Origin: Tolypothrix carrinoi HA7290-LM1 | GTDB taxonomy: Bacteria > Cyanobacteriota > Cyanobacteriia > Cyanobacteriales > Nostocaceae | Assembly: GCA_019358935.1 (NCBI GenBank) | Contig: JAHHIK010000001.1 | Span: forward strand, 132,608-196,607 | Length of the DNA stretch: 64,000 nt | Reading direction: 5' to 3' | In this document: piece by piece, positions 8,898-19,695 of the stretch | Numbering within the stretch: the first letter of the stretch is position 1 | Layout of the letters: each line of letters begins with the position of its first letter | The notes under the pieces: model-generated | Database searches by the model: none | Told to the model about the DNA's origin: nothing | Seen by the model: the letters and a program-made list of their open reading frames with translations, nothing else | Program-made: the position numbers and the translations under genes

Positions 8898-10490
8898 ATG
8901 CCTTATACAATTCCTAACAACAGTTGCGTTGGATGTGATAACTGCCGTCCTCAATGTCCTACAGGTGCGATCAAAATAGAGAACGATGAGTATTGGATCG
9001 ACCCTTGTCTTTGTAACAATTGCGAAGGTTATTACCCTGAACCGCAATGCGTGATTGCTTGTCCAACAAAGTCACCGATTCCTTGGCAAGCGAAAAAGGG
9101 AAGATGCAAAGTTGAACCTAGAGATGCCACAAGTTCAGATTTGTTTGCCAATGGGAAGAGTAACCCGTTTGCATCAGCGATCGTCATTTGGGAAGCTTGC
9201 AACGTGTTGGCACAGCGAACATCCTTACCTTGGCAAATCGATGAACAAGGTTTCTTGTGTTATGGCAGACAAGTTAACCAAGGTAAGGGAGCGATCGCAT
9301 TTCACATTACCGATCCATTTAAAGTGAGTGAAAAAGCAACAGAGTTACAGGCAATTGAAGCACTTGATATCAGAGCTGCTTGCATCCATCTAATTTTTGC
9401 TGCTTATGCTACAGCTTGCGAGCAACCTTGGGAGCAAGAGTTTGCGATCGACGATCGCCAAATCGAGAAATATTTAGGATTAGAGAAACGCAAAGACTTG
9501 AGTAAAAACGCCAAACTCGCTCTCATGAAAAATATTGTACTGCAAGCTTGCTCGCTGATTGCTACCATTGACTGGCCCCAACAAGGTCGAGTCAAAGGCT
9601 TTTCAATTACAGGCAGTCGCTTGTGGCACATAGTAGACATTCAGCACTATTTTCAAGAAGATAATCTGGGGTGTAAATATCTAGTCGGGCTAACTTTTAA
9701 AGTCAAAGCCGGCATTTGGACGCGGTATTTCTTAAATAAACAAGGATGCAAAGAGCGAACTGCATTTTATCAATATCGCAGTCTGCCCAAATCTTTGTTA
9801 AGCACAATCATGAGCATTTGGCAACAACATGAAGGTGCAGCGCGATTAATGCTATGGCTGCTATTTAAAACTAAAATGGGCACTTCCCAACGCATCACCG
9901 TTCCCACCTTGCTGAAAGTTGCTTACGGTGAGGAAAAAGTCAACCACGCAACCAGACATAAAGAAGAACGCAAGCGACTGCTGCGAACCTTTGAAAGCGA
10001 CTTGGAAATTCTCCATCATTATGGAATTAAAGCAGTTTTCGACCCGATTACTTATCCACCAGAAATTCAACCTTTGTGGGCAAAGTTGATTGATATTCCC
10101 GAAGATCCAGAAGAAGCATTAGAATTTTGGACTAATGACGGTGGTGCTGACACTCGCTTGACAGACACAGGTCCCCGTGGTAAGTGGAATTTGCTGATGA
10201 ACGCTCGAATTTTGTCGTTTGAACTACCTCCAGAATGGGAGCAGCAAATGCCAAAATCTCAGAAAAATCAGCGACAAACTGTTACTAAAACCAGAAAAAA
10301 GATAAAAACTACCGGCGATTTGCTTGGGGAACAAATTTTACAAGCGCGAAAAAATCTCAATCTCTCCCAAAGAGAATTAGCAAAGTTGACAGGTAAAAGC
10401 CAAAGCTGGATTCGAGATGTCGAAAATGGTCGCTTAAAAGCGAAGTCAGAAGACCAAGCAGTATTAAGGAAAGTGTTGAATATGGGGTAA
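8898..10490 (+). CDS. patB: Heterocyst nif transcriptional activator PatB/CnfR
   Basis: N-terminal 2x[4Fe-4S] domain (CVGCDNC, CNNC) and C-terminal XRE HTH (LSQRELAKLTGKSQSWI). Confidence 0.93.
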   Translation: MPYTIPNNSCVGCDNCRPQCPTGAIKIENDEYWIDPCLCNNCEGYYPEPQCVIACPTKSPIPWQAKKGRCKVEPRDATSSDLFANGKSNPFASAIVIWEACNVLAQRTSLPWQIDEQGFLCYGRQVNQGKGAIAFHITDPFKVSEKATELQAIEALDIRAACIHLIFAAYATACEQPWEQEFAIDDRQIEKYLGLEKRKDLSKNAKLALMKNIVLQACSLIATIDWPQQGRVKGFSITGSRLWHIVDIQHYFQEDNLGCKYLVGLTFKVKAGIWTRYFLNKQGCKERTAFYQYRSLPKSLLSTIMSIWQQHEGAARLMLWLLFKTKMGTSQRITVPTLLKVAYGEEKVNHATRHKEERKRLLRTFESDLEILHHYGIKAVFDPITYPPEIQPLWAKLIDIPEDPEEALEFWTNDGGADTRLTDTGPRGKWNLLMNARILSFELPPEWEQQMPKSQKNQRQTVTKTRKKIKTTGDLLGEQILQARKNLNLSQRELAKLTGKSQSWIRDVENGRLKAKSEDQAVLRKVLNMG

Positions 10491-10563
10491 TAGCTGTGTA
10501 GAGATGCGATACTTAGTGTCTTCAGCTAAAACATTAATATTAAACTAATCCCATTAATATTCA

Positions 10564-11133
10564 TTACGGAGTCACCTTTAACCACCCAAAAATATCACCT
10601 ACCGTCAACTCTAACCCCTGACAGAACTCTGGCACCGGTAAAACACCATCAATTTCCTCAAAAGGTAAAGGTTGTCGTCCCGCAGGATAAGCAGCAATGA
10701 ATCGCTCATCAGGGTCAATTAACCAACCCATTTGAGTTCCGTGGTTAAGAGCGTGTAAGATTTTTTTTGTAACTTTTGTATGGCTTTGTTCTGGGGAAAG
10801 AATTTCGATTATCCAGTCGGGTGCTGCGGCAAATGTATTGGCAATATCACCATTTTCGTCTACAGGAAGCCTTGCCCAAGAGAATACAGCGACATCGGGA
10901 ACTATAGAACGTCCAGAAAAAGTGCAACGTAATTCTGGAAAAGCCCAACCAATTTTTTGTACTTTTATAACAGAATTGATTGTGGGACAGAGTTCTCCTT
11001 GAATAGTGCTATGTTTTCCTTGAGGCATGGGTTTTTGAATGATTTGACCGTCGATGTATTCTAAGCTTGGCTTAGTTTCTGATAGTGCGAGAAATTCTTC
11101 TAGGGTCAATATTTTATTTGGTGCTTGTACCAT
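10564..11133 (-). CDS. Uma2-family (DUF820) putative endonuclease
   Basis: EYIDG, PDVAV, PDWIIEILSP and WLIDP motifs. Confidence 0.9.
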   Translation of the reverse strand: MVQAPNKILTLEEFLALSETKPSLEYIDGQIIQKPMPQGKHSTIQGELCPTINSVIKVQKIGWAFPELRCTFSGRSIVPDVAVFSWARLPVDENGDIANTFAAAPDWIIEILSPEQSHTKVTKKILHALNHGTQMGWLIDPDERFIAAYPAGRQPLPFEEIDGVLPVPEFCQGLELTVGDIFGWLKVTP

Positions 11134-11198
11134 TGTTATCCTAGCCTCAATTTCTGATAATTTTTTTACATCATCAGAACTTTTGTCAGCAAAATAAG

Positions 11199-11627
11199 TT
11201 ATTTATTTGTAGACGAAACATTATTCAAGCGATCGCGAATTGCCGTTAATTGTTCTTGATTATTCACCGGCTTACGCGGTGCTGGCAATTCTGTATTGGG
11301 CCAATTGAGTAAATCATTACACGGACATAATTCAGGTGGCATTCCCAAGCTTCGCATCGGTACTGGCATCGTACAACGACTGCAATGGCTCATTTCCCAA
11401 CTCGGTGTCAGCAGTTCGGCAATAGTTTCTTGCGTACCTTCTAAGTAACAGTCGCCTGTTTCTGGTGAGATAATTTGCTGCCAGCAATTTTCAAATTCCT
11501 GACTGTAGCGATCGCCTTGAATAACTGATTCCGGCAACAGACTTGCCGAACCATTATTTGTCATCACCTTTTTGCCTAACTGAAACCAGTAGGCGAGGTA
11601 TTGTTTTACTTCGTGTTTGGTTGCCAT
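11199..11627 (-). CDS. Conserved cyanobacterial hypothetical protein (Cys-rich)
   Basis: YLAYWFQLGK, CSRC and CPC motifs. Confidence 0.75.
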   Translation of the reverse strand: MATKHEVKQYLAYWFQLGKKVMTNNGSASLLPESVIQGDRYSQEFENCWQQIISPETGDCYLEGTQETIAELLTPSWEMSHCSRCTMPVPMRSLGMPPELCPCNDLLNWPNTELPAPRKPVNNQEQLTAIRDRLNNVSSTNK

Positions 11628-11683
11628 ACCACAATATTAAGCTTGCGACATCAGATTTCTAATTTTGAATACTTAATTTTCAA

Positions 11684-12229
11684 TTAAGATTTTGGTGGTA
11701 ACGGGGAACCGAGAACACTGAGATTAAGAACATGACCGCCAGTGACTAAATAAACAGCTTCGCACAGATGAGCTAATTGGCGGATTAAAGAACCCAGGCG
11801 ATCGCGAAAATTTCTCCCAACCGGATAAGCCGGCACCACACCCCAACCTGTTTCTTCTGCCACAAATATCATATCAGCCGCAACCAAATCCACCGTTTCT
11901 AACAATTCTGCAACCGTGTTTTTCCAGATTGCATCCTCCTGAGAGAGTAGATTAGCTACCCAAGTTCCCAAAGAATCTACCAACAGACAGATATTTGGTT
12001 GAGCATCCGCAAGAGTAGCAGATAATTCTATCGGTACTTCCAGTGTTACCCAATCTTCAAGACGGCGTTTTTGGTGTTGGGCAATGCGTTGATTCCACTC
12101 TGCGTCCGCTGAGTTTTGCGTGGCAGTGGCAATGTAAACAACTGCTTTGCCTGACTGCATTGCGAGAATTTCTGCCCATTCACTTTTACCAGATCGTGCA
12201 GGTCCGGTCACGAGGATGACTTTACCCAA
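11684..12229 (-). CDS. cobU: Bifunctional adenosylcobinamide kinase / phosphate guanylyltransferase
   Basis: VTGPARSGKS P-loop, EETGWGVVP and FRDRLG; TTG start at 12229 after AAGGA. Confidence 0.92.
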   Translation of the reverse strand: MGKVILVTGPARSGKSEWAEILAMQSGKAVVYIATATQNSADAEWNQRIAQHQKRRLEDWVTLEVPIELSATLADAQPNICLLVDSLGTWVANLLSQEDAIWKNTVAELLETVDLVAADMIFVAEETGWGVVPAYPVGRNFRDRLGSLIRQLAHLCEAVYLVTGGHVLNLSVLGSPLPPKS

Positions 12230-12448
12230 AGCTTTTTCCTTAGTATCTTTAATTAATAGTGGTGGCAATTTCTTACTTTGAATTTTTTCACTACCAAAGT
12301 GGGATTTTTGGTACTAAATAACTTTTAAGAGATAAAATTAGCACCAGCATTATTTAATGCCACTCGTGGCAAAAAAAGAAAAATCCCATTGAGACACTTC
12401 TCAATCATTAGAACACCACTGGGGACAGAATAAGTCAGGTAATTTTTT

Positions 12449-13234
12449 ATGAAAGCAGGCTTAAAACGCATTGAGGCAACTCTACACGATTTGGGAACTA
12501 ACGGCACAGCCTCAGCCGAAGCTAGTTCTACAAAGCAGTCTTTCTCTTTTCGGATCAGCGTTGGAAGTAGCGAAGCTACAGCAGATGCTGTTTCATCAAA
12601 AGAAGATCTTCGCGAAGCAGACGCACCTGAGTTTGGTACAGAATTTGAGAATCATTCTTATCATCATAACTCTGTGCAAACCTTTCCCACACAAGACAGC
12701 GATGGCAGATCGCCGGCACTACCCAAGTTCAAAACTCCCAGCTTCACAAGCCATCGCAACGCAGCTAATCCCGCATTAGCACTTAATTTGTTGCAAGAAA
12801 TTCAAGAAAGCGTTTTTCTTTGGCAAAAAGAATTGCAAAATATTGTCAAACAAATTCAAGATATTTACATAGAAGGTCCGATTGTCAATGGCTGGTTAGA
12901 GTCCCAGGCACGAGAAAGCGAACCGGGGGGAACCGCAACCCTGCGTCATGCGGAAGTCGATCGCCTGATGGATTATGTAGAAGAAATTTGCGCGGCTCAA
13001 GAAAACGTATCGTATCAATCAGCGCGTACAGGCTACCGTCTTTGCGGTTTAGATTCCTCCGGTCAAGTGTGGTCGCGTCCATGTCCACCCGATCAAGTAC
13101 CGATCGTAAGTATGGCGATCGCTCGTTACCAAAAGTTACGCCAACTCCTAGGACGCAAGCAATATCTAGAAACTAGGCTTAGTCAACTGGCGGAAACTCT
13201 GGTAGTTTTACACAGTCATATTCAACAAGCATGA
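12449..13234 (+). CDS. Conserved cyanobacterial hypothetical protein (coiled-coil)
   Basis: 261-aa ORF with EGPIVNGWLES and GYRLCG blocks. Confidence 0.75.
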   Translation: MKAGLKRIEATLHDLGTNGTASAEASSTKQSFSFRISVGSSEATADAVSSKEDLREADAPEFGTEFENHSYHHNSVQTFPTQDSDGRSPALPKFKTPSFTSHRNAANPALALNLLQEIQESVFLWQKELQNIVKQIQDIYIEGPIVNGWLESQARESEPGGTATLRHAEVDRLMDYVEEICAAQENVSYQSARTGYRLCGLDSSGQVWSRPCPPDQVPIVSMAIARYQKLRQLLGRKQYLETRLSQLAETLVVLHSHIQQA

Positions 13235-13313
13235 AGTTTTAACGATTATTTCCGAAAAAACTCGGTTGGTGAGTCAGGAATTTTTGGTATAGATTTAGCA
13301 CAAGAGCAGACAG

Positions 13314-13478
13314 TTAGTTAGTGGTTAGTGGTTAGTGGTTAGGAGAATGGAGTAAAAGTTAAAAGGGGCAAATTTGGGAGTTAGTGGTGAAAAATTAACA
13401 ACCAACAACCAACAACCAACAACTAACAACAAACAACTAACAACCAACAACTAACAACCAACAACTAACAACCAACAA
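13314..13478. repeat. STRR tracts (GTTAGTG)n and (CAACTAA/CAACCAA)n
   Basis: Facing heptamer tandem repeats. Confidence 0.85.
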
Positions 13479-13483
13479 TTTCT

Positions 13484-14413
13484 ATGCCAGACCCGCAAAT
13501 CTCTGCCATTATCTGTACTCACAATCGAGATACCTATTTAGGTGCTGCTATAGATAGCCTTTTAAAGCAAGAGTTTGCCGCTGGCTTTGAGGTGGTGGTA
13601 GTCGATAATAACTCAAGCGATCGCACACGCGAAGTTGTAGAACAAAGGTTATCCGATCCGCGTTTGAAGTACGTTTTTGAACCGGTGCTTGGTTTATCTG
13701 TCGCTCGCAACACTGGTGCAAAAGAATCTAGGGGGGAAATTCTCGCTTATTTGGATGACGATGCGGTTGCAAGCTCACACTGGTTGCAAATATTATATTC
13801 TGCCTATGAAAATAACTCTAAGATCGCGATCGCTGGTGGCAAAGTCACTTTATTATGGCCCCAAGGAATCCAACAACCACGTTGGCTATCTCCCGGACTA
13901 GCTGCCAATTTGGGAGCATACGACTTAGGGGACAGCATCGTTTACATCGAGCAGCCCGGTTTAACTCCCAGAGGCTTAAATTACTCGATACGCCGCAGCT
14001 TTCTCAACGAAATTGGCGGTTTTGACCCTAATCTCGGTCGAGTAGGTAAAAACTTATTATCTAATGAAGAACTGCAAATGACAGAACTTGCCCTTCAACG
14101 CGGTTGGCAAGTTGCTTATCTTCCCGATGCTCTAGTTGCTCACAATGTCGCTCCAGAACGCCTCAATCGCTCCTGGTTTTTAAACCGAGGCTGGTGGCAA
14201 GGTATCAGTGAGTGCTATCGAGAACAACTTGCCGGTAAAGCCGGTATCGGTCAATTGCAGCGCGGCAGCGAAAGGTTTTTACGCGGCTTGTATAAATCAT
14301 TGCAACATTTAAGTGACCCAGCAGAACGCTTTGACAAACTTGTGTATGCCTACGGTCAGATTGGTTACTTAAATGCCGCTATTCAGGGTCTTTTATCATC
14401 AAATAACAAATAG
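13484..14413 (+). CDS. GT2 glycosyltransferase
   Basis: IICTHNR, VVDNNSSD, LSVARNTG and YLDDD motifs. Confidence 0.92.
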   Translation: MPDPQISAIICTHNRDTYLGAAIDSLLKQEFAAGFEVVVVDNNSSDRTREVVEQRLSDPRLKYVFEPVLGLSVARNTGAKESRGEILAYLDDDAVASSHWLQILYSAYENNSKIAIAGGKVTLLWPQGIQQPRWLSPGLAANLGAYDLGDSIVYIEQPGLTPRGLNYSIRRSFLNEIGGFDPNLGRVGKNLLSNEELQMTELALQRGWQVAYLPDALVAHNVAPERLNRSWFLNRGWWQGISECYREQLAGKAGIGQLQRGSERFLRGLYKSLQHLSDPAERFDKLVYAYGQIGYLNAAIQGLLSSNNK

Positions 14414-14428
14414 AAATAACTACTTAAT

Positions 14429-15370
14429 ATGTCAGCAAAAATACCAGTTTCCGTATTAATTCCCGCAAAAAACGAACAAGCAAATTTACCAGCTTGCCTC
14501 GCTAGCGTCGCTGTTGCCGATGAAGTGTTTGTTGTAGACTCTCAAAGTACCGATAAAAGCGAGGAAATTATTAAAAGTTACGGTGCAAACCTCGTGCAGT
14601 TCCACTTTAATGGACGCTGGCCCAAAAAGAAAAATTGGTCTTTAGAAAATCTACCTTTCCGTAATGAATGGGTGCTAATTGTCGATTGCGATGAGCGCAT
14701 CACCCCCGAACTTTGGGATGAAATTGCTCAAGCAATTAAAGATGATGAACACGATGGTTATTACCTCAATCGCCGCGTATTTTTCTTAGGTAAATGGATT
14801 CGCCACGGCGGTAAATATCCTGATTGGAACCTGCGTTTATTTAAACACGCCAAAGGTCGCTACGAAAATCTCAACACTGAGGATATTCCCAACACTGGCG
14901 ATAATGAAGTTCACGAACACGTTATTTTACCGGGGAAAGTCGGCTATCTGAAAAACGATATGCTTCATGAAGACTTCCGCGATTTGTTCCACTGGTTAGA
15001 AAGACACAATCGCTATTCCAACTGGGAAGCGCGTGTTTATTTGAATATTCTCACAGGTAAAGACGACAGCGGCACTATTGGCGCAAATTTATTTGGTGAT
15101 GCAGTGCAACGCAAGCGCTTTTTGAAAAAAGTTTGGGTGCGTCTGCCATTTAAACCATTTTTGCGATTTATTTTGTTCTACATTATTCAGCGCGGCTTTT
15201 TGGATGGCAAAGCTGGATATACCTACGCCCGCTTGCTGAGTCAATATGAATACCAAATTGGCGTGAAACTTTACGAATTACGCAGTTGTGGTGGACAACT
15301 AAATACTACCAGCGTTCCCAAAGTGGTGTCACCATCCCTCAAGCCGGAAATTCAACAAACGGCAACTTAA
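14429..15370 (+). CDS. GT2 glycosyltransferase
   Basis: IPAKNE, VVDSQSTD, VDCDE and EVHEH motifs. Confidence 0.92.
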   Translation: MSAKIPVSVLIPAKNEQANLPACLASVAVADEVFVVDSQSTDKSEEIIKSYGANLVQFHFNGRWPKKKNWSLENLPFRNEWVLIVDCDERITPELWDEIAQAIKDDEHDGYYLNRRVFFLGKWIRHGGKYPDWNLRLFKHAKGRYENLNTEDIPNTGDNEVHEHVILPGKVGYLKNDMLHEDFRDLFHWLERHNRYSNWEARVYLNILTGKDDSGTIGANLFGDAVQRKRFLKKVWVRLPFKPFLRFILFYIIQRGFLDGKAGYTYARLLSQYEYQIGVKLYELRSCGGQLNTTSVPKVVSPSLKPEIQQTAT

Positions 15371-15520
15371 GGGATTGGGAATGAGGCATCGGGCATCGGG
15401 CATCGGGCATGGGAAATAGATTTGACTTTATTCTCACGTTCCCAATTACCTTTTTCCCAATGCCCATTGCCCAATGCCCATTGCCCAATGCCCATTGCCC
15501 AATTCCCAATCCAAAATTTG

Positions 15521-16117
15521 ATGTCTCAGTTGAATGTGAGTAAACAACCGTCGGTAGTTGATGCAGAACCTTTTGTAGATTTACGCAAGTATGACCAATC
15601 CTGGTTTGATCGGGGTCGTCCGGGTTGGTATATTTTATTTTGGTGGTTTGTACAAGCGATCGCCTTTCCACTGACTCCTCATCCTTTTAGTGGTTTGCGT
15701 TGCGCTATACTCCGGCTGTTTGGCGCAAAAGTCGGCAAAGGTGTATTAATTCGCCCTACCGCTCGCTTCACGTACCCCTGGAAAATCAGTATTGGCGATT
15801 ATAGCTGGATTGGTGATGATGTCGTTTTATACAGTCTTGATGAGATCCACATCGGCTCACACTGCGTAATTTCCCAGAAAAGTTATTTATGTACTGGTAC
15901 TCATGACATCAAAGATCCAGCCTTTGGACTGAAAACAGCAATTATCACCATTGGTAATGGCGCATGGGTAACAACAGATTGTTTTGTTGCCCCAGGAGTG
16001 ACAATTGGCGCTAATGCCGTAATCGGCGCTCGTAGCAGTGTTTTAAGTGACATACCCGCAGGACAAGTTTGTTGGGGAAATCCCTGCCGTCCCAGGTATG
16101 CGCGGGAGAGAAAGTAA
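15521..16117 (+). CDS. hpsU: WcaF-type polysaccharide acetyltransferase, probably hormogonium polysaccharide HpsU
   Basis: Hexapeptide repeats and DLRKYDQSWFDRGRP; the longer N-terminus in the ORF track is STRR-derived. Confidence 0.75.
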   Translation: MSQLNVSKQPSVVDAEPFVDLRKYDQSWFDRGRPGWYILFWWFVQAIAFPLTPHPFSGLRCAILRLFGAKVGKGVLIRPTARFTYPWKISIGDYSWIGDDVVLYSLDEIHIGSHCVISQKSYLCTGTHDIKDPAFGLKTAIITIGNGAWVTTDCFVAPGVTIGANAVIGARSSVLSDIPAGQVCWGNPCRPRYARERK

Positions 16118-16173
16118 GGCGAATGGGAACTAGCACCTAAAAGCGGTCTAAAATTACCTCTATTCAAGACTGC

Positions 16174-16569
16174 CTAAGCAGTAGTATATTCGTTCTCCGT
16201 AGTTCCGATTATCCCAGCTTCCTGCGTTTGTTCTGGTTGAGCCAGTTTGCTAATATACTTATCACCCCAATCACGCATCAACAGCAAAATTGGCTCTAAA
16301 CTTCGACCGAACTCGGTCAATGAGTATTCCACCTTAGGTGGAACTTCGGCGTAAACAGTGCGCTTTACTACCCCATCCCGCTCTAGTTCCCGTAACTGTA
16401 GTGTGAGCATCCGTTGGGTACAACCTTTAACCATTCGCTGAAGTTCATTGAAGCGTTTGGTTCCCTCCAAGAGGTGAAATAGAATAACTCCCTTCCACCG
16501 TCCACCGATCACATCAAGGGTTGCTTCTACAGAACAACCATATCGGCAATCATACTGCCTGTTTTTCAT
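16174..16569 (-). CDS. HxlR-family winged-helix transcriptional regulator
   Basis: IGGRWK, RFNEL and YAEVPPKVEYSLT; divergent from an oxidoreductase gene. Confidence 0.93.
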   Translation of the reverse strand: MKNRQYDCRYGCSVEATLDVIGGRWKGVILFHLLEGTKRFNELQRMVKGCTQRMLTLQLRELERDGVVKRTVYAEVPPKVEYSLTEFGRSLEPILLLMRDWGDKYISKLAQPEQTQEAGIIGTTENEYTTA

Positions 16570-16837
16570 AGCTTATCTGCACAGGATAAATTTTGATACT
16601 ACTGCACAAAAATGTGCGTACTTGGCAAGTTTTAGGATAATTCACATAATCAAAGTATAGTTCTCCAACACTGCTTTGTTTGTAGCAATAGAAAGCGGCA
16701 GAGCTAGTTCAGCTTTCAGTAAGGAATTTGCAAGTCCCTCTGTTTTTAGTTTTGGATCGTATCGATCCGTTATTTTGTGCTGTCGATACAGCACATATTA
16801 AAGCAACGTTGTATACATCAATAAATTAGGAGGGAAC

Positions 16838-17860
16838 GTGAAAGCGATCGCTGTTTATCAGTCTAAAAAAACCACCGATTCTAACTGCTTTGCTGAGGTT
16901 GATATTGACCAGCCTAAACCTAGTGCCAAAGATTTACTCGTCAAAGTCAAGGCAATATCGGTTAACCCAGTAGATTATAAAGTTAGAGCATCCCTCTTAG
17001 AGCGGCAAAGCACACCTCGAATTCTCGGCTGGGATGCAGCTGGCATTGTGCAAGAAGTTGGAAGTGAGGTATCTTTGTTCAAACCTGGAGATGAAGTTTA
17101 TTATGCTGGTAGTATTACTCGTCCCGGATGTAACAGTGAATTTCACTTGGTGGATGAGCGAATTGTCAGTCAAAAGCCAGCTAATTTGTCATTTGAGTCA
17201 GCAGCAGCACTTCCCCTGACGGCAATTACTGCTTGGGAAGCATTGTTTGAAAGATTGGGTATCGAGCCTCGAAAAACTTCAAGCAATCAAGCTAGTAAAA
17301 TTTTAGTTATTGGTGGAGCTGGGGGAGTTGGCTCAATTGCGATTCAATTGGCAAAACAAGTGGCTGGATTGCAGGTTATTGCAACTGCATCTAGGCAAGA
17401 ATCAATTGATTGGTGCATGAAGATGAAAGCAGATTACTGTATCAATCACCATAATAAATTCACAACGGAACTGGAAAAAATTGGTATTTCGCAAGTCGAT
17501 TATATCCTTTGCTTAAATAACACAGATGGTCACTGGCAAAACATGGCAGATGCGATCAAACCACAAGGGAAAATCTGCTCGATTGTAGAGACGGATCATC
17601 CTCTAGACATGAACTTAATCAAAAATAAGAGTGTAACTTTTGTTTGGGAATTAATGTTCACTAAATCAATATATGAGACAAAGGATATGCAATCTCAGCA
17701 TGAATTATTGAACAACGTTGCACAACTCATTGAGCAGGGAGTTTTACAAAGCACGATGACGGAAAATTTTGGTTCACTGAATATTACCAATCTAGCGAAA
17801 GCTCATGCTCGACTCGAATCTGGAGAAATGATTGGTAAGTTAATTCTCTGGTGGAATTAA
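16838..17860 (+). CDS. Zinc-binding alcohol dehydrogenase / quinone oxidoreductase family protein
   Basis: SVNPVD, LGWDAAG and GGAGGVG motifs. Confidence 0.92.
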   Translation: MKAIAVYQSKKTTDSNCFAEVDIDQPKPSAKDLLVKVKAISVNPVDYKVRASLLERQSTPRILGWDAAGIVQEVGSEVSLFKPGDEVYYAGSITRPGCNSEFHLVDERIVSQKPANLSFESAAALPLTAITAWEALFERLGIEPRKTSSNQASKILVIGGAGGVGSIAIQLAKQVAGLQVIATASRQESIDWCMKMKADYCINHHNKFTTELEKIGISQVDYILCLNNTDGHWQNMADAIKPQGKICSIVETDHPLDMNLIKNKSVTFVWELMFTKSIYETKDMQSQHELLNNVAQLIEQGVLQSTMTENFGSLNITNLAKAHARLESGEMIGKLILWWN

Positions 17861-18033
17861 CAGTTAGGCAAACTCTTGAGAGCGATCGCCTCTTGATGAA
17901 CTTTTGCTGTGCCAGTGATGGGATTTTGTCAGAAACTAGCTTTCAAACTGGCGCAACCATAAAATAGGCATGTATTTTACATTGGTTTACTGCCTTTTTC
18001 TGCCAGAAAGCGTCAAAATCCCATTTCCTCTGC

Positions 18034-19410
18034 TTACGTTAATCCCAACCAAGAGAAGAGATTTTGCCACCAAGAACTACTCACCTGACCAACAAGTTTC
18101 ATTTTTTTGCGAATGTCTTGAATATTCCAATTAGTTAATTTAGCAAGAGTTTGCGCTTCTTTTTCAAAACGCTTGCCCAAAGACCGTTTGTATTCTCTTC
18201 CCGCTTGACATGTAACTTCACCTGTAAACGGGTGTTGCAAAACGTAACGTCCTTGAAAAGATTCGCGGTTAGAGGTTTGCTGAAACATCAAGTCTTCCGG
18301 GAATTTGTCGCGGGTGTAGCGGACATGCAAGCGAGAAATGAAAACGCTACTAGAAGGGCTTGGTGGACGAAAGCGACGGGGTGCGGGTGCGTTTACCCCA
18401 AAATCATTATCTAGCCAAAATACGCCCGCTTGCTTGAGTTCCTGCTGGCTGAGAGGTTCGGCAGAACAAGGATCGCAATTACTCATATCCCAAGCATATT
18501 CTAAAAATGCCACTTTTCTATCTTCTTTGATGTAAGAAGTTTGAAACATGGATTTATAAAAGTCGCTAAATTCATCTTTGACAAATAAAGGAATATTGTC
18601 ACCTGAAGGAACTTTCACTGTCCGGTAATTCGTAATTTCTGCCTGTCCTTTGGGCGATAAAATGTAGACAATCAAATCTTGTTCGGTTGTGGCGTTAATC
18701 ATGCCCAAACGAATTGGCAGCATGAATTTAGGTGAAGAGTAAGAAATTTGCAAAGGACGCAGAAACTGATAGCCAGATTCCTCAAATTTATCTAAGTTGA
18801 CTTTAGCAACAAAGAATTTCATTGAGGAACGAATGTAAGGCTGAAGTAGCTGTTTTGCCCCTCTAGGAATTTTATAACCGTTGCGGTTCAACCAAGTTTC
18901 CAGTCCGCCAGATTCTTTAGCGCTAAGAATTACAATATCGTATTCGCCAACGTTGAAACGCGCTTCGACAGTCACACCTAAATTGTCAGTACTCCTGGCA
19001 TTTCCTACCCGATTTCTTGGTGCTGCCATTGGTGCAGGTAAAACCCCTCCTCTTTCTTCGTAAACTGGCGCACAGGGGTCAGAGTCAAAATATTCTACCA
19101 ATCGTGGAGCGCTAAAAGCATCTAGGCGCTCAATAATTTTCGCTTGGGCAACGCGCACTTGCTCTTTTTGTAATACTGTCGGTACAGGCACGACAATTGC
19201 AAAATCTTTTACTTCGCCCTGAAAGTCATTTGCCATCGTCAAGACAGTGCGATCGCCTTCTCGCGCAATTACCACCTGAGAAGCTTTGTTATACAGTTTT
19301 GCATCAGCTTTAGCAACATAAAATCCACAAAATGCCCAAGCCGCCGGCGTAAAACAAAATACAGCAACAAATGTTAGTACTAAAGAAATTAACAATCGAA
19401 AAGGTTTCAT
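18034..19410 (-). CDS. DUF2330-family secreted protein
   Basis: Signal peptide followed by AFCGFYV; CDPC motif. Confidence 0.85.
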   Translation of the reverse strand: MKPFRLLISLVLTFVAVFCFTPAAWAFCGFYVAKADAKLYNKASQVVIAREGDRTVLTMANDFQGEVKDFAIVVPVPTVLQKEQVRVAQAKIIERLDAFSAPRLVEYFDSDPCAPVYEERGGVLPAPMAAPRNRVGNARSTDNLGVTVEARFNVGEYDIVILSAKESGGLETWLNRNGYKIPRGAKQLLQPYIRSSMKFFVAKVNLDKFEESGYQFLRPLQISYSSPKFMLPIRLGMINATTEQDLIVYILSPKGQAEITNYRTVKVPSGDNIPLFVKDEFSDFYKSMFQTSYIKEDRKVAFLEYAWDMSNCDPCSAEPLSQQELKQAGVFWLDNDFGVNAPAPRRFRPPSPSSSVFISRLHVRYTRDKFPEDLMFQQTSNRESFQGRYVLQHPFTGEVTCQAGREYKRSLGKRFEKEAQTLAKLTNWNIQDIRKKMKLVGQVSSSWWQNLFSWLGLT

Positions 19411-19477
19411 GTTTGTTAGTTGATAGTTGATAGTTGATAGTTGTTAGTTGATAGTTGATGGTTGTTAGTTGATGGTG

Positions 19478-19577
19478 AGTCAGTGCGTTGGGGAGGCAGT
19501 GCGTTGCGGAGGTCACGAGCGTTGAAGCACCTGCCGTCGGGTTTCCCGACAGTCACGCATCTGACGAACCCGAAGGG
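19478..19577 (+). repeat. Nested structured small dispersed repeat in a (GTTGATA)n tract
   Basis: Inner 44-nt unit at 19494-19537 inside an outer unit; same layout at 45673-45762. Confidence 0.75.
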
Positions 19578-19695
19578 TTGATGGTTGATAGTTGATAGTT
19601 GATAGTTGATAGTTGATGGTTGATGGTTGGAAAATACTACTAACAACTAACCACTAACAACTAACCAATAACAACTAACCACTAACCACTAACAA

